Shown here: one piece after another, positions 47,893 through 58,151 of the stretch
Layout of the letters: every line of letters starts with the position of its first letter
Numbering within the stretch: the stretch's first letter is position 1
Origin: Verrucomicrobiota bacterium
Lineage (GTDB): Bacteria > Verrucomicrobiota > Kiritimatiellia > Kiritimatiellales > JBHORO01
DNA: 58,151 nucleotides
Direction of reading: 5' to 3'
Assembly: GCA_042566005.1 (NCBI GenBank)
Contig: JBHORO010000004.1
Location: forward strand, 1 to 58,151
The notes under the pieces: generated by a model
What the model was told of the DNA's origin: nothing
Database searches by the model: none
Seen by the model: only the letters and a program-made list of their open reading frames with translations
Made by a program: the position numbers and the translations under genes

Positions 47893-50784
47893 ATGAAACA
47901 GAATTTTGAACTGATCAGTGAACAGGAAGTGAAGGAAATCAACTCCGCAGCCAAACTCTATCGCCACAAGGCGACCGGCGCGGAATTCCTTTCGGTTGAA
48001 AACGACGACGAAAACAAGGTATTCGGCATCGCCTTCCGCACGCCGCCCAAAGACGGCACCGGCGTCGCCCACATTCTCGAACACACCGTACTCTGCGGCT
48101 CCCGCAAATACCCGGTCAAAGATCCGTTCGTCCAGTTGCTGAAGGGGTCGCTCCAGACCTTCCTGAACGCGTTCACTTATCCCGACAAAACCTGCTACCC
48201 AGTCGCAAGCTGCAACCTGCAGGACTTCTACAACCTGGTGGACGTCTACCTCGACGCGGTATTCTACCCGCTGATCACGCCGGATTTCTTCAAGCAGGAA
48301 GGCTGGCACTACGAGCTGGACAGCACCGACGGCGAACTGAGCTATAAAGGCGTGGTTTACAACGAGATGAAAGGCGTCTATTCCTCGCCGGACGCCCTGC
48401 TCGGCGAACTCTCCTGTCAGTCGCTCTACCCGGACACGGTCTACGGACAGGAGTACGGCGGCGATCCGGAGCAGATCCCGAACTTGACCTACGAGCAGTT
48501 CAAGAATTTCCACGACACGTACTACCACCCGTCGAACGCGCGCATTATTTTTTACGGCAACGACGACCCGGAAAAACGTTTCGAGATCCTCGAAGAGTAC
48601 CTCAAAGATTACCAGCAGATCGAAGTCGGCTCCGACATCCCGCTGCAGAGCTCGTTCTATGAACCGCGCCGCATCGAAGATGTCTACGCCTCCTCCGGTG
48701 ACGACGCCAAGCCGATGTTCACCGTCAACTGGCGCCTGCCGGAAACCACGAAAACGGATACGCGCTTCGCGCTCGATATTCTCGATCACATCCTGATCGG
48801 CGCGGCGGCCTCGCCGTTGCGCAAGGCGCTGATCGAATCCGGGCTGGGTGAAGACCTGACCGGCGGCGGACTGGAAACGCACCTCCAGCAGATGAGCTTC
48901 TCGATCGGACTCAAAGGCGTTGCCGAGGAAAACCTGCCGAAAGCCGAAAAACTGATCTACGACACCCTCTCCGATCTCTCGGAAAACGGGATCGACCCAA
49001 ACGACACCGAAGCCGCGCTCAACACACTCGAGTTCATGCTGCGTGAAAACAACACCAGCGGCTACCCGCGCGGCCTGTCGATGTGGGTCAAATCACTGAC
49101 AACCTGGCTGTACGACGAAGACCCGATGAGCATGATCGCCTTCGAGAAACCGTTGCAGACGCTGAAGGATAAAATCGCGGCCGACCCGGACTTTTTCGAG
49201 ACCATGATCGCCGAATACTTCCTCGGAAACACGCAGCGCACCACCGTCATCATCCGCCCCGACAACGAAAAGGCGGATCAGATGGAAGCGGAAGAAAAAG
49301 CGCGTCTGGAAAACGTCCGTTCCGGCCTGACCGACGAGGAGCGCAATCAAATCGTCGCGGAAACGGAAGCGCTGCAGGAATTGCAGGAAACGCCGGACGC
49401 GCCGGAAGATCTGGCCAAGATTCCGATGCTGCACCGCGCTGACATGGAGCCGAAAGCGAAAATCGTGCCGCGCGCAGAATCCGCACAGGCGGGCGCCAAC
49501 GTGCTCTACCACGACCTTTTCACTAACGGCATCCTCTACCTCGACATCGGTTTCGACCTGCACGTCCTGCCGCAGAAATACCTGAAGTGGCTCGGCCTCT
49601 ACAGCTCCGCGCTGACGGAGATGGGCACGCAGGTGCACGACTTCGTGACACTCTCACAGCTGATCTCACAGCAGACCGGCGGCATCCGCACCAGCATGTC
49701 GCACGGCGCGCTCGACAGCGAAAACGGTGCGAGTCGCTGCTTCCTGCGCAGCAAATGCATGGTTCCGCAGAGCAACCAGTTGCTGAACCTGATCGAAGAG
49801 ATCCTGTTCCAGCCGAATTTCGACAACAAAGAGCGTTTCCGCCAGATCGTCCTTGAGCAGAAAGCGACGCTCGAATCCTGCCTGATCCCGAGCGGACACT
49901 CCGCGGTCGCCGGACACCTCAAGCAGTACTTCAACGAAGCGTTCTACGCCTCCGAGCAGGCTTGCGGTTTTGATACAATTTTCTTCCTGCGTGAGCTGGT
50001 CAAAGAGATCGACGCGGACTGGAACGGCGTACGCAGCACGCTCGAAGAGATTCACCAGTTGCTGATCAACCGTAACGGTCTGCTGGTGAACATCACCCTC
50101 GACCAGTCCGAATACGCGAAGGTCGAGCCGGCGCTGAAAGCCTTCATCGGGAAACTGCCGGCCGCCGATACAGCTAAAGCCGAGTGGACGCTTCCGAGCC
50201 TACCGCAAAGCACGGCCTTCACCGCGCCGTCGCAGGTCAACTACGCCGGTTGCGCGATCAACCTGTTCGACGCCAGCTACGAGCGCAACGGGTCGACCCG
50301 CGCAATTACCAGCTACCTGCGTACCGCATGGCTGTGGGAACAGGTGCGTGTTCAGGGCGGTGCTTACGGCGCGATGTGCGGATTCGATGCCCACTCCGGC
50401 GCATTCCACTTCGTCAGCTACCGCGACCCGAATATTGCACGCACACTCGAGACCTATAAAAAGACGGCTCAGTACCTGCAGGAACTGGATCTGCACGAGG
50501 ACGAACTCAGCAAGGCAATCGTCGGCGCGATCGGTGGGCTGGATAAATACCAGCTGCCGGACGCCAAGGGCTACTCCGACACGCTGCGCTGCATGCTCGG
50601 CGTGACCAATGAGGAGCGCCAGCAGCGCCGCGACGAACTGCTCGCCACTACGGCCGATGATTTCCGCGCGTTCGGCGCGGTGCTCGAAAAAGCACTCGAA
50701 AACCCGATCACGGCCGTGCTCGGTTCCGCCGCCGCGATTGAGGCCAGCGGCGTACCGTTCGAGAAAACGATTCAGGTTCTGTAA
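47893..50784 (+). CDS. M16C presequence-protease-like metallopeptidase
   Basis: HILEH inverted zinc motif, GSRKYPVKDPF, NAFTYPDKT, VRVQGGAYG, SYRDP; SD GAGGAG before ATG 47893. Confidence 0.92.
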   Translation: MKQNFELISEQEVKEINSAAKLYRHKATGAEFLSVENDDENKVFGIAFRTPPKDGTGVAHILEHTVLCGSRKYPVKDPFVQLLKGSLQTFLNAFTYPDKTCYPVASCNLQDFYNLVDVYLDAVFYPLITPDFFKQEGWHYELDSTDGELSYKGVVYNEMKGVYSSPDALLGELSCQSLYPDTVYGQEYGGDPEQIPNLTYEQFKNFHDTYYHPSNARIIFYGNDDPEKRFEILEEYLKDYQQIEVGSDIPLQSSFYEPRRIEDVYASSGDDAKPMFTVNWRLPETTKTDTRFALDILDHILIGAAASPLRKALIESGLGEDLTGGGLETHLQQMSFSIGLKGVAEENLPKAEKLIYDTLSDLSENGIDPNDTEAALNTLEFMLRENNTSGYPRGLSMWVKSLTTWLYDEDPMSMIAFEKPLQTLKDKIAADPDFFETMIAEYFLGNTQRTTVIIRPDNEKADQMEAEEKARLENVRSGLTDEERNQIVAETEALQELQETPDAPEDLAKIPMLHRADMEPKAKIVPRAESAQAGANVLYHDLFTNGILYLDIGFDLHVLPQKYLKWLGLYSSALTEMGTQVHDFVTLSQLISQQTGGIRTSMSHGALDSENGASRCFLRSKCMVPQSNQLLNLIEEILFQPNFDNKERFRQIVLEQKATLESCLIPSGHSAVAGHLKQYFNEAFYASEQACGFDTIFFLRELVKEIDADWNGVRSTLEEIHQLLINRNGLLVNITLDQSEYAKVEPALKAFIGKLPAADTAKAEWTLPSLPQSTAFTAPSQVNYAGCAINLFDASYERNGSTRAITSYLRTAWLWEQVRVQGGAYGAMCGFDAHSGAFHFVSYRDPNIARTLETYKKTAQYLQELDLHEDELSKAIVGAIGGLDKYQLPDAKGYSDTLRCMLGVTNEERQQRRDELLATTADDFRAFGAVLEKALENPITAVLGSAAAIEASGVPFEKTIQVL

Positions 50785-51455
50785 TGGAACAACCCTTCAT
50801 CCAAATTGCGGGCGTGATTGATCAGGCCGAGGCGGACATGCTGATTAAATGCGGCGTGCCGTTTCTCGGTTTTCCGCTGCGGTTACCGGTCAATGACGAA
50901 GACCTGACCGAAGCGGAAGCCGCCACGATCATTCGTAACCTGCCGGAGGGTGCGCACGGAATTCTGATCACCTATCAGGACCGCGCGGATGAGATCATCG
51001 CGTTCTGCGACCAGCTGGGCACCACCCATATCCAGCTGCACGGCAGCATTTCACGCGATGAGCTGATGAAGCTGAAAACCGCGCGGCCGGATTTTTATGT
51101 AATCAAAAGCCTCGTGATCGGCGAACATACGACCGACGAACTGCGCGCAATGGTCGCCGAACTGGCAGATTATGTGGACGCGTTCATCACGGATACGTTC
51201 GACCCGAAAACCGGGGCGAGCGGCGCAACGGGCAAAACGCACGACTGGTCGATCAGCCGCGAACTGGTCGAACTATCGCCGAAGCCGGTGATTCTGGCAG
51301 GCGGACTGAATGCCGATAATGTGCGCGCGGCGATCGAAGCCGTACGTCCGGCGGGTGTGGATACGCACACCGGCGTCGAAGGACCGGACGGGCGCAAAGA
51401 CCCGGCGTTGGTTCAACGGTTTATGGATGAGGCACGCGACGCATTGAAACAGTAA
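50784..51455 (+). CDS. trpF: Phosphoribosylanthranilate isomerase-like protein
   Basis: IQLHG, DT...GATGKTHDW, ILAGGLNADNV, GVDTHTGVE...KD; N-terminal QIAG instead of KICG. Confidence 0.75.
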   Translation: MEQPFIQIAGVIDQAEADMLIKCGVPFLGFPLRLPVNDEDLTEAEAATIIRNLPEGAHGILITYQDRADEIIAFCDQLGTTHIQLHGSISRDELMKLKTARPDFYVIKSLVIGEHTTDELRAMVAELADYVDAFITDTFDPKTGASGATGKTHDWSISRELVELSPKPVILAGGLNADNVRAAIEAVRPAGVDTHTGVEGPDGRKDPALVQRFMDEARDALKQ

Positions 51456-51482
51456 TGTTTCGGGGCAAGCCAACGCACAAGT

Positions 51483-51555
51483 GCCGGATCGGTGAGCCGG
51501 CTCAACCATTTTGAATCATTCATCACCCGATGCAGGCCCGCGCCCCGACCGGGCG
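51483..51555. repeat. Pair of degenerate REP-like palindromes between convergent genes
   Basis: Match the two elements at 2621-2645 and 2765-2789. Confidence 0.55.
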
Positions 51556-51569
51556 CAAGCCGCATCAAA

Positions 51570-52751
51570 CTACGCAATCTCTTCGTCGGTCAGGTAGCAA
51601 CCCGGATCTACGCCCCAAAGGTTGTCTGTAGTTTCGCCTCGGGCGCGGAAGTTTCCGCCGCAGACGTCGAGGAAGCGGCAGGTTTTGCATTTGCCGGTAA
51701 CGTGCTCGTATTTATTTTTGAGCTGCATCAGAAATTCGTTGTCACGATCAGTCCAGATTTCGCTGAACGACCTTTCGCGCACGTTACCCAGACGGTGATT
51801 GCGCATAAACTGGTCCGGGTGCACGGTGCCGTCCCAGCTGACACAGCCGATCCCGTTGCCGGTGCTGTTACCGCCGTTCATTTTCAGCAACTCCATCACG
51901 CGGGCAGCATCCTCTTCGCGGCCCTCTTTGAGCAGGCGCATATAGAGGTACGGTCCATCGCAGTGATTATCCACGGTCAGGATTTCTTTCGGCAGACCGC
52001 ACGCATGAAAATCGGCGGTGCGATCGATGATGTAATCGACCACCTTGCGGGTCTCTTCATGCGACAGGTCGTCGACTGCGATCTCTTCGCCGCGGCCGGT
52101 GTAGACCAAGTGATAAAAACATACGCGCGGGATGTCTTCGGTTTCCAGCAAATCAAAGATGCCGGGCAGATCCTGTACATTGTGCTTGGTGATCGTGTAG
52201 CGCAGCCCGACTTTGATACCGGCGCGCTTGCAGGCACGAATGCCTTCCAACGCTTTTTCGAAAGCCCCGTCCACACCGCGGAATTTATCGTTCGTTTCCC
52301 GCATACCGTCCAGGCTGACCCCGACGTAGGAGAGTCCGATCGCTTTCAGGCGCTGGGCGACTTCATCGTTAATCAACGTTCCATTCGTAGAGATCACGGC
52401 GCGCAAACCTTTCGAGACGGCATATTCCGCCAGATCCGGCATATCTTTACGCGCCAGCGGTTCGCCGCCGGAAAAAAGGATCACCGGCGACCCGAACTCG
52501 GCCAGATCATCGATCAGCGACTTGCCCTCGTCGAACGACATCTCATCCGGCGCGCAACGGCCATCGGCGTGCGCATAGCAATGCACGCACTTCAGGTTAC
52601 AGGCCTTGGTGCAGTTCCAGACCACCACCGGCTTTTTATCCTCGGAAAACTGGAGCAGATGGCTCGGCAGTTTTTTGGCCTTGCGGCCGTAGCGCAGCGC
52701 ATCCGACGGCTCCACCGTCCCGCAATACAACTTAGAAATTCCAATCATCAC
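51570..52751 (-). CDS. ahbC: Radical SAM AhbC (NirJ1), siroheme-dependent heme synthesis
   Basis: MIGISKLYCG...DALRYGR...LPSHLLQFS, CNLKCVHC, TVDNHCDG, SPASM cysteines, DPGCYL. Confidence 0.88.
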   Translation of the reverse strand: MMIGISKLYCGTVEPSDALRYGRKAKKLPSHLLQFSEDKKPVVVWNCTKACNLKCVHCYAHADGRCAPDEMSFDEGKSLIDDLAEFGSPVILFSGGEPLARKDMPDLAEYAVSKGLRAVISTNGTLINDEVAQRLKAIGLSYVGVSLDGMRETNDKFRGVDGAFEKALEGIRACKRAGIKVGLRYTITKHNVQDLPGIFDLLETEDIPRVCFYHLVYTGRGEEIAVDDLSHEETRKVVDYIIDRTADFHACGLPKEILTVDNHCDGPYLYMRLLKEGREEDAARVMELLKMNGGNSTGNGIGCVSWDGTVHPDQFMRNHRLGNVRERSFSEIWTDRDNEFLMQLKNKYEHVTGKCKTCRFLDVCGGNFRARGETTDNLWGVDPGCYLTDEEIA

Positions 52752-52966
52752 CCATCCTAAAATAAAGCGCTCATTTGAACATACCGGCGCGCCGGCTCAA
52801 ACACTAAAAAGGTGTCATTATCCACAAAAGGCACGCTGGCGGGATCAGCGGGCTGCTCCTCAACCTGAGACGGGAAGGTTTTGCGGAAAAAATAATTCGC
52901 AGCCACCCCACAAAAAAACAGGAGATACCGGCGCAAGCATCTCCTGTTTCCATTCAAACCGACTAA

Positions 52967-53386
52967 TTACCATTCGTCCAGAATGACCATCGCCCTTTCG
53001 TTGTCTTCCGTATCCAGAACCAGCACGCAGCGATCTTGATTAATCGGGGCAGTCATGTAGAGGTAACGGATGTTAATTCCTCCGTCTGCCAGTTTGCCGC
53101 AGAGACCACTGATCATCCCCGGTTTATGAGGCAGTTCCACGAGCAGAGACGCCTTTTCTTCCGGCGCATATTTATGAGCACGCAGAGCATCCGTCGCACG
53201 CAGGTTATCATCGGTCACCATATGAATAACACCGCTGGTGTCTTCAACCCACGCAGCGGCGGCCAAAACGCTCACGCCTTTTTCGGCCACGATCCTTGTC
53301 ATCTGGGCCAGAATACCGACATCGTTTCTGACCTTTACGACAATCTCCTTACTTTGAATTGCAGTTAAGCTTGACATACAGCCCAC
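52967..53386 (-). CDS. Tandem ACT-domain protein
   Basis: NDVGILA and HKPGMI ACT motifs, INIRYLY. Confidence 0.8.
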   Translation of the reverse strand: MGCMSSLTAIQSKEIVVKVRNDVGILAQMTRIVAEKGVSVLAAAAWVEDTSGVIHMVTDDNLRATDALRAHKYAPEEKASLLVELPHKPGMISGLCGKLADGGINIRYLYMTAPINQDRCVLVLDTEDNERAMVILDEW

Positions 53387-53534
53387 CTCCTTCCCTCACC
53401 TGAAGGTTACTGCGATCGAAAAACATTGACCACTTTTTATTGCGCCTTTCATACCCGAAACCACAGCCCGCACCCTGCTGCCGGATGACAACTACGCCGC
53501 TTTTCGCTATACTGTTGGTGGAGAGAGAAAGGAG

Positions 53535-53759
53535 GTGAGAATGTATCATTCAGGCACACATCCGGCACGTCAACCGCACCATTTCCACTTACCCCATTTC
53601 CATCTGTATACCCTCCGCACATCGCACGTCATAATCCTGTTGCTGACACTAACTCTGCTGGCTCTGGCTGGTGTCCTGATCTACATGGCAATTTCCAGCA
53701 TGCCGGCCGACATCGAATTCCGACCGATCTACTTCCCGGGTCCGCTGGTTTTCAAGTAG
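53535..53759 (+). CDS. Small His-rich membrane protein (hypothetical)
   Basis: SD AAGGAGG; single TM helix. Confidence 0.5.
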   Translation: MRMYHSGTHPARQPHHFHLPHFHLYTLRTSHVIILLLTLTLLALAGVLIYMAISSMPADIEFRPIYFPGPLVFK

Positions 53760-53934
53760 GGCTTAACGCGCACAACATCTCGTTAAGTAGTGTGGGGTGA
53801 CCCTGTTTTCCAATGCCTGGAAATCACGGTCTGCAATGTCGGTTGCCTCATCTCTTCGTGATCCATATCCGCACCGCCCCATATTTAACGCTTTATGGAT
53901 TGCAAAGTTTCAACATAGGCTTGAAACTATTCGC

Positions 53935-55311
53935 ATGAATACCATGAAGCGTTTCATTTACCTTTTGACAGCGCTCTTTTGTTTTGCGCTCCACTCGACG
54001 GCGTCCACCGTCTATGTGATCCCCGTTGAGGGCATGATTGAACCGGCTCTGCTTTATGTGATCCGGCGCGGCGTCGACGAGGCGGTATCCGCCAAGGCCG
54101 ACGCTCTTATTTTAACCATGGACACCCCCGGCGGACGGCTCGACGCGACCGAAGAGATCATCCGCACGCTCGGCAAGTCCAAGCTGCCCACCTACACGTT
54201 CGTTGAAAAAGACGCCTTTTCGGCCGGCGCAATTATCGCGCTTTCAACCCAACACATCTATATGGCGCCCGGCAGTGTAATCGGTGATGCAATGCCCATT
54301 CAGGTCAGCCCGCTCGGCGGCGTGCAGGCCCCGACCCCGGACGTGCAGGAAAAAATGGTGGCCGCCGCCGCCGCGATTGTGCGCCGCGCCGCTGAACAGG
54401 GCGGGCACGACACCAAACTCGCCGAGGCCATGGTCCGCCGCGAACTCGAATATAAAATCGGCGACGATATCATCTGCCCCGAAGGCCAGCTCCTGACCCT
54501 CACCAACACCGAAGCCGCACGACTCGTCGGAGACGATCAACGCCCGCTCCTCTCCTTAGGAACCGTTGAAGACCTCGACGCCCTGCTCAAAACGATCGGA
54601 CTGGAAGATGCCGAAGTCAAAAAACTCGAAGTAACATCCGCCGAGAAGGTCGCGCGCTTTATCGCAGCTATGGCGCCCCTGCTTCTGATGATCGGGCTGG
54701 GCGGCATTTGGATTGAAATCAAGACCCCCGGCCTCGGCGCGCCCGGTTTAATCGGCGGCATCGCGCTCGTACTCTTTTTCTTCGGACACCACATCGCCGG
54801 GCTGGCGGGCATGGAAGATGTGCTCATTTTCCTGCTCGGCGTGATCCTGCTGTTCATCGAAATATTTATTACGCCCGGATTCGGCGTACTCGGCATCAGC
54901 GGCCTGCTGCTGATCCTGCTGGCACTGCTCAACGCAATGACGCTTCCCGAACCCGGAACCCCGTGGCTGCCGGTTCCGACCAATTTTGAATCCGTCGTCC
55001 CCGCCATCCAAAAGCTCGTGATGGCCCTGATCGGCACCGGAGCCATTGCCCTGATCTTCGGACGGATGCTCCCGAAGTCACATCTGCCGATCATCCTCGA
55101 AGAGGAAGAGACCTTCAAAAACGTCGACAGAGAGACCTCGCCGCTGATCGGCCGCGAGGGCCTCGCCTTCACCACACTGCGTCCCAGCGGAACCGGCGCG
55201 TTCGGCGATGAACGTATCGATGTGGTTACGGAAGGGGAATTCATTGAAAAAGAGACGCCGATCCGTATCATCGAGGTTCATGGCAACCGAATCGTAGTGG
55301 AAAAAATATAG
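53935..55311 (+). CDS. nfeD: Long-form NfeD membrane-bound serine protease
   Basis: Signal peptide, DTPGG, SAGA, LLTLT, TM block, LRPSG OB-fold; start 53935 or 53944. Confidence 0.9.
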   Translation: MNTMKRFIYLLTALFCFALHSTASTVYVIPVEGMIEPALLYVIRRGVDEAVSAKADALILTMDTPGGRLDATEEIIRTLGKSKLPTYTFVEKDAFSAGAIIALSTQHIYMAPGSVIGDAMPIQVSPLGGVQAPTPDVQEKMVAAAAAIVRRAAEQGGHDTKLAEAMVRRELEYKIGDDIICPEGQLLTLTNTEAARLVGDDQRPLLSLGTVEDLDALLKTIGLEDAEVKKLEVTSAEKVARFIAAMAPLLLMIGLGGIWIEIKTPGLGAPGLIGGIALVLFFFGHHIAGLAGMEDVLIFLLGVILLFIEIFITPGFGVLGISGLLLILLALLNAMTLPEPGTPWLPVPTNFESVVPAIQKLVMALIGTGAIALIFGRMLPKSHLPIILEEEETFKNVDRETSPLIGREGLAFTTLRPSGTGAFGDERIDVVTEGEFIEKETPIRIIEVHGNRIVVEKI

Positions 55312-55319
55312 AGGGATAA

Positions 55320-55787
55320 ATGGGACCAACCGCGTTTTACTTCATTCTCGTTATTGCTGGCGTTCTGTTAATCAGCGCTGAAACCATTGTCCCGGGCGGC
55401 ATCCTCGGTATCTTCGGATCCGCCGCACTCATCACCGCCGCCGTCGTCGGCTGGATGAAATTTTCGGAGCCGTACAACTACATCAGTATCGTCGGCGTGC
55501 TCATTCTATCCTTCGCCATGATCATACTCTGGTTGCGCATCCTGCCGAAGACCGGCATCTCGCTCTCCAAAGACGCCAGCGACTTTAAAGCGCCGAAAGG
55601 AAAAACCGAGGTTGCCGTCGGCACTATTTGTGAGACACTGTCACCTCTGCGTCCTTCCGGCATGGCAATGCTCGACGGAAAACGCATTGACGTTATCACC
55701 GAGGGCAACTGGATTGACGCCCACGTACAAGTGAAAGTGATCCGCACGGAGGGGTGCCGGATTTTTGTCAGGGAATGTAATGATTAA
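55320..55787 (+). CDS. Short NfeD-like protein
   Basis: Three TMs plus LRPSG...DVITEG OB-fold. Confidence 0.85.
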   Translation: MGPTAFYFILVIAGVLLISAETIVPGGILGIFGSAALITAAVVGWMKFSEPYNYISIVGVLILSFAMIILWLRILPKTGISLSKDASDFKAPKGKTEVAVGTICETLSPLRPSGMAMLDGKRIDVITEGNWIDAHVQVKVIRTEGCRIFVRECND

Positions 55788-56973
55788 GATTAAACAAACG
55801 ATATCAGCCCTCTTCCTGGGCATTTCGGTCTGCGCCACGCAGGCCATTGAATTTAAAAGCACAGAACTGCTGACGGTTAGTACGGATGAATCCGTCACCA
55901 ACGAAATCTGGCACTCCGCCCAGCAGATCGATTTTCAGGGAACCGCACTACAGGACCTCTTCCTGCTTTCGTCTGACCAGCTCAAACTAAGCGGCGAATT
56001 CAAAGAGGATGTATGGGGAGGAGCCACCACCGCATCCTTCAAAGGCAACAGCGCAGGCAGCGTCCGGCTCGCAGCACAGAACAGCATCACGGTCGAAGGA
56101 AACGTCGGCGGGAACCTGATCGCGGCCGTACCCAACATAAACAGAGCAACGGTCAAGCTCACCGAAAACAGCTCGATTCAGGGTGCAGCAATCTGCTTCG
56201 GCGATAACGTGATCCTTGAAGGTACCACCGCCGACATTACGATTTATGCGAACAAAGCCACCATCGGCGGAGAGATCAAAGGCAACGCAACCGTTGTTGC
56301 ACGCGACATCGTCGTGCTGAACAACACACGGATTGCCGGCGACCTCAACTACCTCTCCGGCGAAGAACTGCTGGTCCCGAACTCAGTCCAGGTCGGAGGG
56401 CAGCTCAAACAGCTGCCAATACCGGTCAAACCCGCTGCCGACCTGAAAAACACCCTGGTCCGACAGGGCTACTTTTTCATCGCAGCCATCCTGGTCACAA
56501 TCCCCTTCCTCAACCTGTTTCCGAACTATGCAGCCAACGCCGTTGCAATCTTCCGCATCACTCCGTGGCGTTGCCTGCTGATCGGGTTCGCGGCCCTGTT
56601 CATTATACCATTCTGCTGTATCACGCTCTGCGCCAGCATCATCGGCATGCCGCTCGGGCTGATCCTCGGCGGATGGTACGCCATACTGCTCTACCTCAGT
56701 AAAATTGTATTCGCACTGGTCATCGGCGTGCTGATCTTCCGCTGGAAAAAGCCGCCCGCCCAGAAGAGCACGGTAATCGCAGCCATCGCCGGCCTGTTTG
56801 TGATTTACGTGCTGACCAGTATCCAATTCATCAAAACACCGATCTGGCTCATGATCGCGATGTACGGCACCGGCGCGCTCATTCTGGCAACATTCAAAAA
56901 GGTCAGACTGGTCGTTCCAACCCCGCCGAATATTCCGCAAACCCTTTCGGACGATAATACAGAAACCAAATAG
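55765..56973 (+). CDS. Beta-helix (bactofilin-like) repeat membrane protein
   Basis: Signal peptide, repeated G-x-V/I-x-G-N/D units, C-terminal multi-TM region. Confidence 0.7.
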   Translation: MSGNVMIKIKQTISALFLGISVCATQAIEFKSTELLTVSTDESVTNEIWHSAQQIDFQGTALQDLFLLSSDQLKLSGEFKEDVWGGATTASFKGNSAGSVRLAAQNSITVEGNVGGNLIAAVPNINRATVKLTENSSIQGAAICFGDNVILEGTTADITIYANKATIGGEIKGNATVVARDIVVLNNTRIAGDLNYLSGEELLVPNSVQVGGQLKQLPIPVKPAADLKNTLVRQGYFFIAAILVTIPFLNLFPNYAANAVAIFRITPWRCLLIGFAALFIIPFCCITLCASIIGMPLGLILGGWYAILLYLSKIVFALVIGVLIFRWKKPPAQKSTVIAAIAGLFVIYVLTSIQFIKTPIWLMIAMYGTGALILATFKKVRLVVPTPPNIPQTLSDDNTETK

Positions 56974-56982
56974 GAGGTAACC

Positions 56983-58002
56983 ATGCCCAACATTATACTC
57001 ATTATTGCCGGTATCGCGATTTTCGTGGTACTCGCAGTCTGTCTCTCCGTATTCAGTGTCTGGTTCCGAGCCCTCGTCTCCGGCGCCTCCGTCAAACTGC
57101 TGGCCCTGATCGGGATGAAAATCCGAAAGGTGCCGATTACGCGCGTCGTCGATGCCCGCATTAAAGCCGTCAAGGCCGGCCTCACGCTCAGCACCGACCT
57201 GCTCGAAGCGCACTATCTCGCAGGCGGCAACATCATCAACGTCGTGCAGGCCCTGATCGCCGCCGACAAAGCGAACATCGAACTCAGCTTCCAGAAAGCC
57301 GCAGCCATCGACCTCGCCGGCCGAAACATTCTCGAAGCCGTCGGCACCTCCGTTAACCCGAAAGTGATCGACTGCCCCGACCCGGCTAAAAGTACGACCG
57401 GCATGCTCGACGCCGTGGCAAAAGACGGTATCCGCCTGCTGGTTAAAGCCCGCGTAACCGTCCGCACCAATCTTGAACGCCTCGTCGGCGGCGCAACCGA
57501 AGAAACCATCATCGCCCGTGTCGGCCAAGGGATTGTTTCCGCGATCGGTTCCATGACCTCCTACAAAGACGTGCTCGAAAACCCGGACGCGATCAGCCGC
57601 AAGGTACTCGAATCCGGACTCGACGCGCAGACCGCTTTTGAAATCGTATCCATCGACATCGCCGACGTTTCCGTGGCCGGTGTGGGCGACGTGGCCAATG
57701 TGGGCGCGATGCTCGAAACCGAACGCGCAGAGGCCGACAAAAACCTGCGTCAGGCCGAAGCCGAAGGCCGCCGCGCGATGGCGATTGCACAGGAACGCGA
57801 AATGATCGCCCGCGTACAGGAGATGCAGGCCAAAGTGATCGAAGCTCAGGCCCAGGTGCCGCTGGCCATTGCACAGGCATTCCGCGATGGAAATCTGGGG
57901 GTTATGGACTTCTACCGCATGCAGAACGTAATGGCCGATACCTCCATGCGTGAATCGCTCGCAGGTGGACAGGAAGAAGAGGATAAAGGTCACAAAAAAT
58001 AA
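56983..58002 (+). CDS. floA: Flotillin-like protein FloA (YqfA family)
   Basis: [54 protein letters not shown]. Confidence 0.93.
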   Translation: MPNIILIIAGIAIFVVLAVCLSVFSVWFRALVSGASVKLLALIGMKIRKVPITRVVDARIKAVKAGLTLSTDLLEAHYLAGGNIINVVQALIAADKANIELSFQKAAAIDLAGRNILEAVGTSVNPKVIDCPDPAKSTTGMLDAVAKDGIRLLVKARVTVRTNLERLVGGATEETIIARVGQGIVSAIGSMTSYKDVLENPDAISRKVLESGLDAQTAFEIVSIDIADVSVAGVGDVANVGAMLETERAEADKNLRQAEAEGRRAMAIAQEREMIARVQEMQAKVIEAQAQVPLAIAQAFRDGNLGVMDFYRMQNVMADTSMRESLAGGQEEEDKGHKK

Positions 58003-58016
58003 GCGCAGGCTAAACC

Positions 58017-58151
58017 ATGACCGAACTTCCTGACATAATCCGTGCCGGCGCCGAAGACTGGCTCTTTATCCTGTTCGTCATCTTCGGGATTACGGCACAG
58101 GCGATTGAAGCCAATCGCAAGAAAAAGCTGGCGGAGCAGAAAAAAGCCGCG
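58017..58151 (+). CDS. Partial membrane-anchored protein downstream of floA
   Basis: ATG 58017, hydrophobic segment then Lys-rich stretch, open to the window edge. Confidence 0.55.
   Translation, partial: MTELPDIIRAGAEDWLFILFVIFGITAQAIEANRKKKLAEQKKAA

Noticed and set aside
56383-57993. Long antisense ORFs (also 14854-16068, 17225-18349, 28501-29502, 47830-48882, 51492-52760)
   Set aside because: Shadow frames opposite well-supported GC-rich genes, with no recognisable motifs.

Overview
Mostly housekeeping bacterial chromosome, probably from a PVC-superphylum organism such as Kiritimatiellota (inferred from a PEP-CTERM protein and a lineage-typical C-terminal domain). Three accessory blocks interrupt it. 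(1) A low-GC Hachiman anti-phage pair (hamA plus hamB, truncated by the left edge). (2) A block of large secreted modular proteins between trpA and serB: a PEP-CTERM protein, a triple-frameshifted deacetylase-glycoside hydrolase fusion and an M60-like peptidase. (3) A sedentary integron at about 33.8-45.6 kb with a truncated intI, a Pc-like promoter, attI and nine cassettes. Each cassette is closed by an attC whose inverse core matches the start of that same cassette. The most striking element is cassette 7 (4,187 bp). It encodes a 1,270-aa secreted metzincin-like protein that shares a module and a C-terminal domain with the chromosomal M60 gene about 10 kb away. It also carries apparent remnants of an older small cassette, so it may be a host-type gene captured as a cassette. 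Other signals: a chimeric attC, two nuclease cassettes that are candidate defence genes, an operator-like palindrome family around intI/attI, a candidate structured rpsD leader and a candidate CU-loop sRNA. All calls come from reading motifs by eye; no searches were run.
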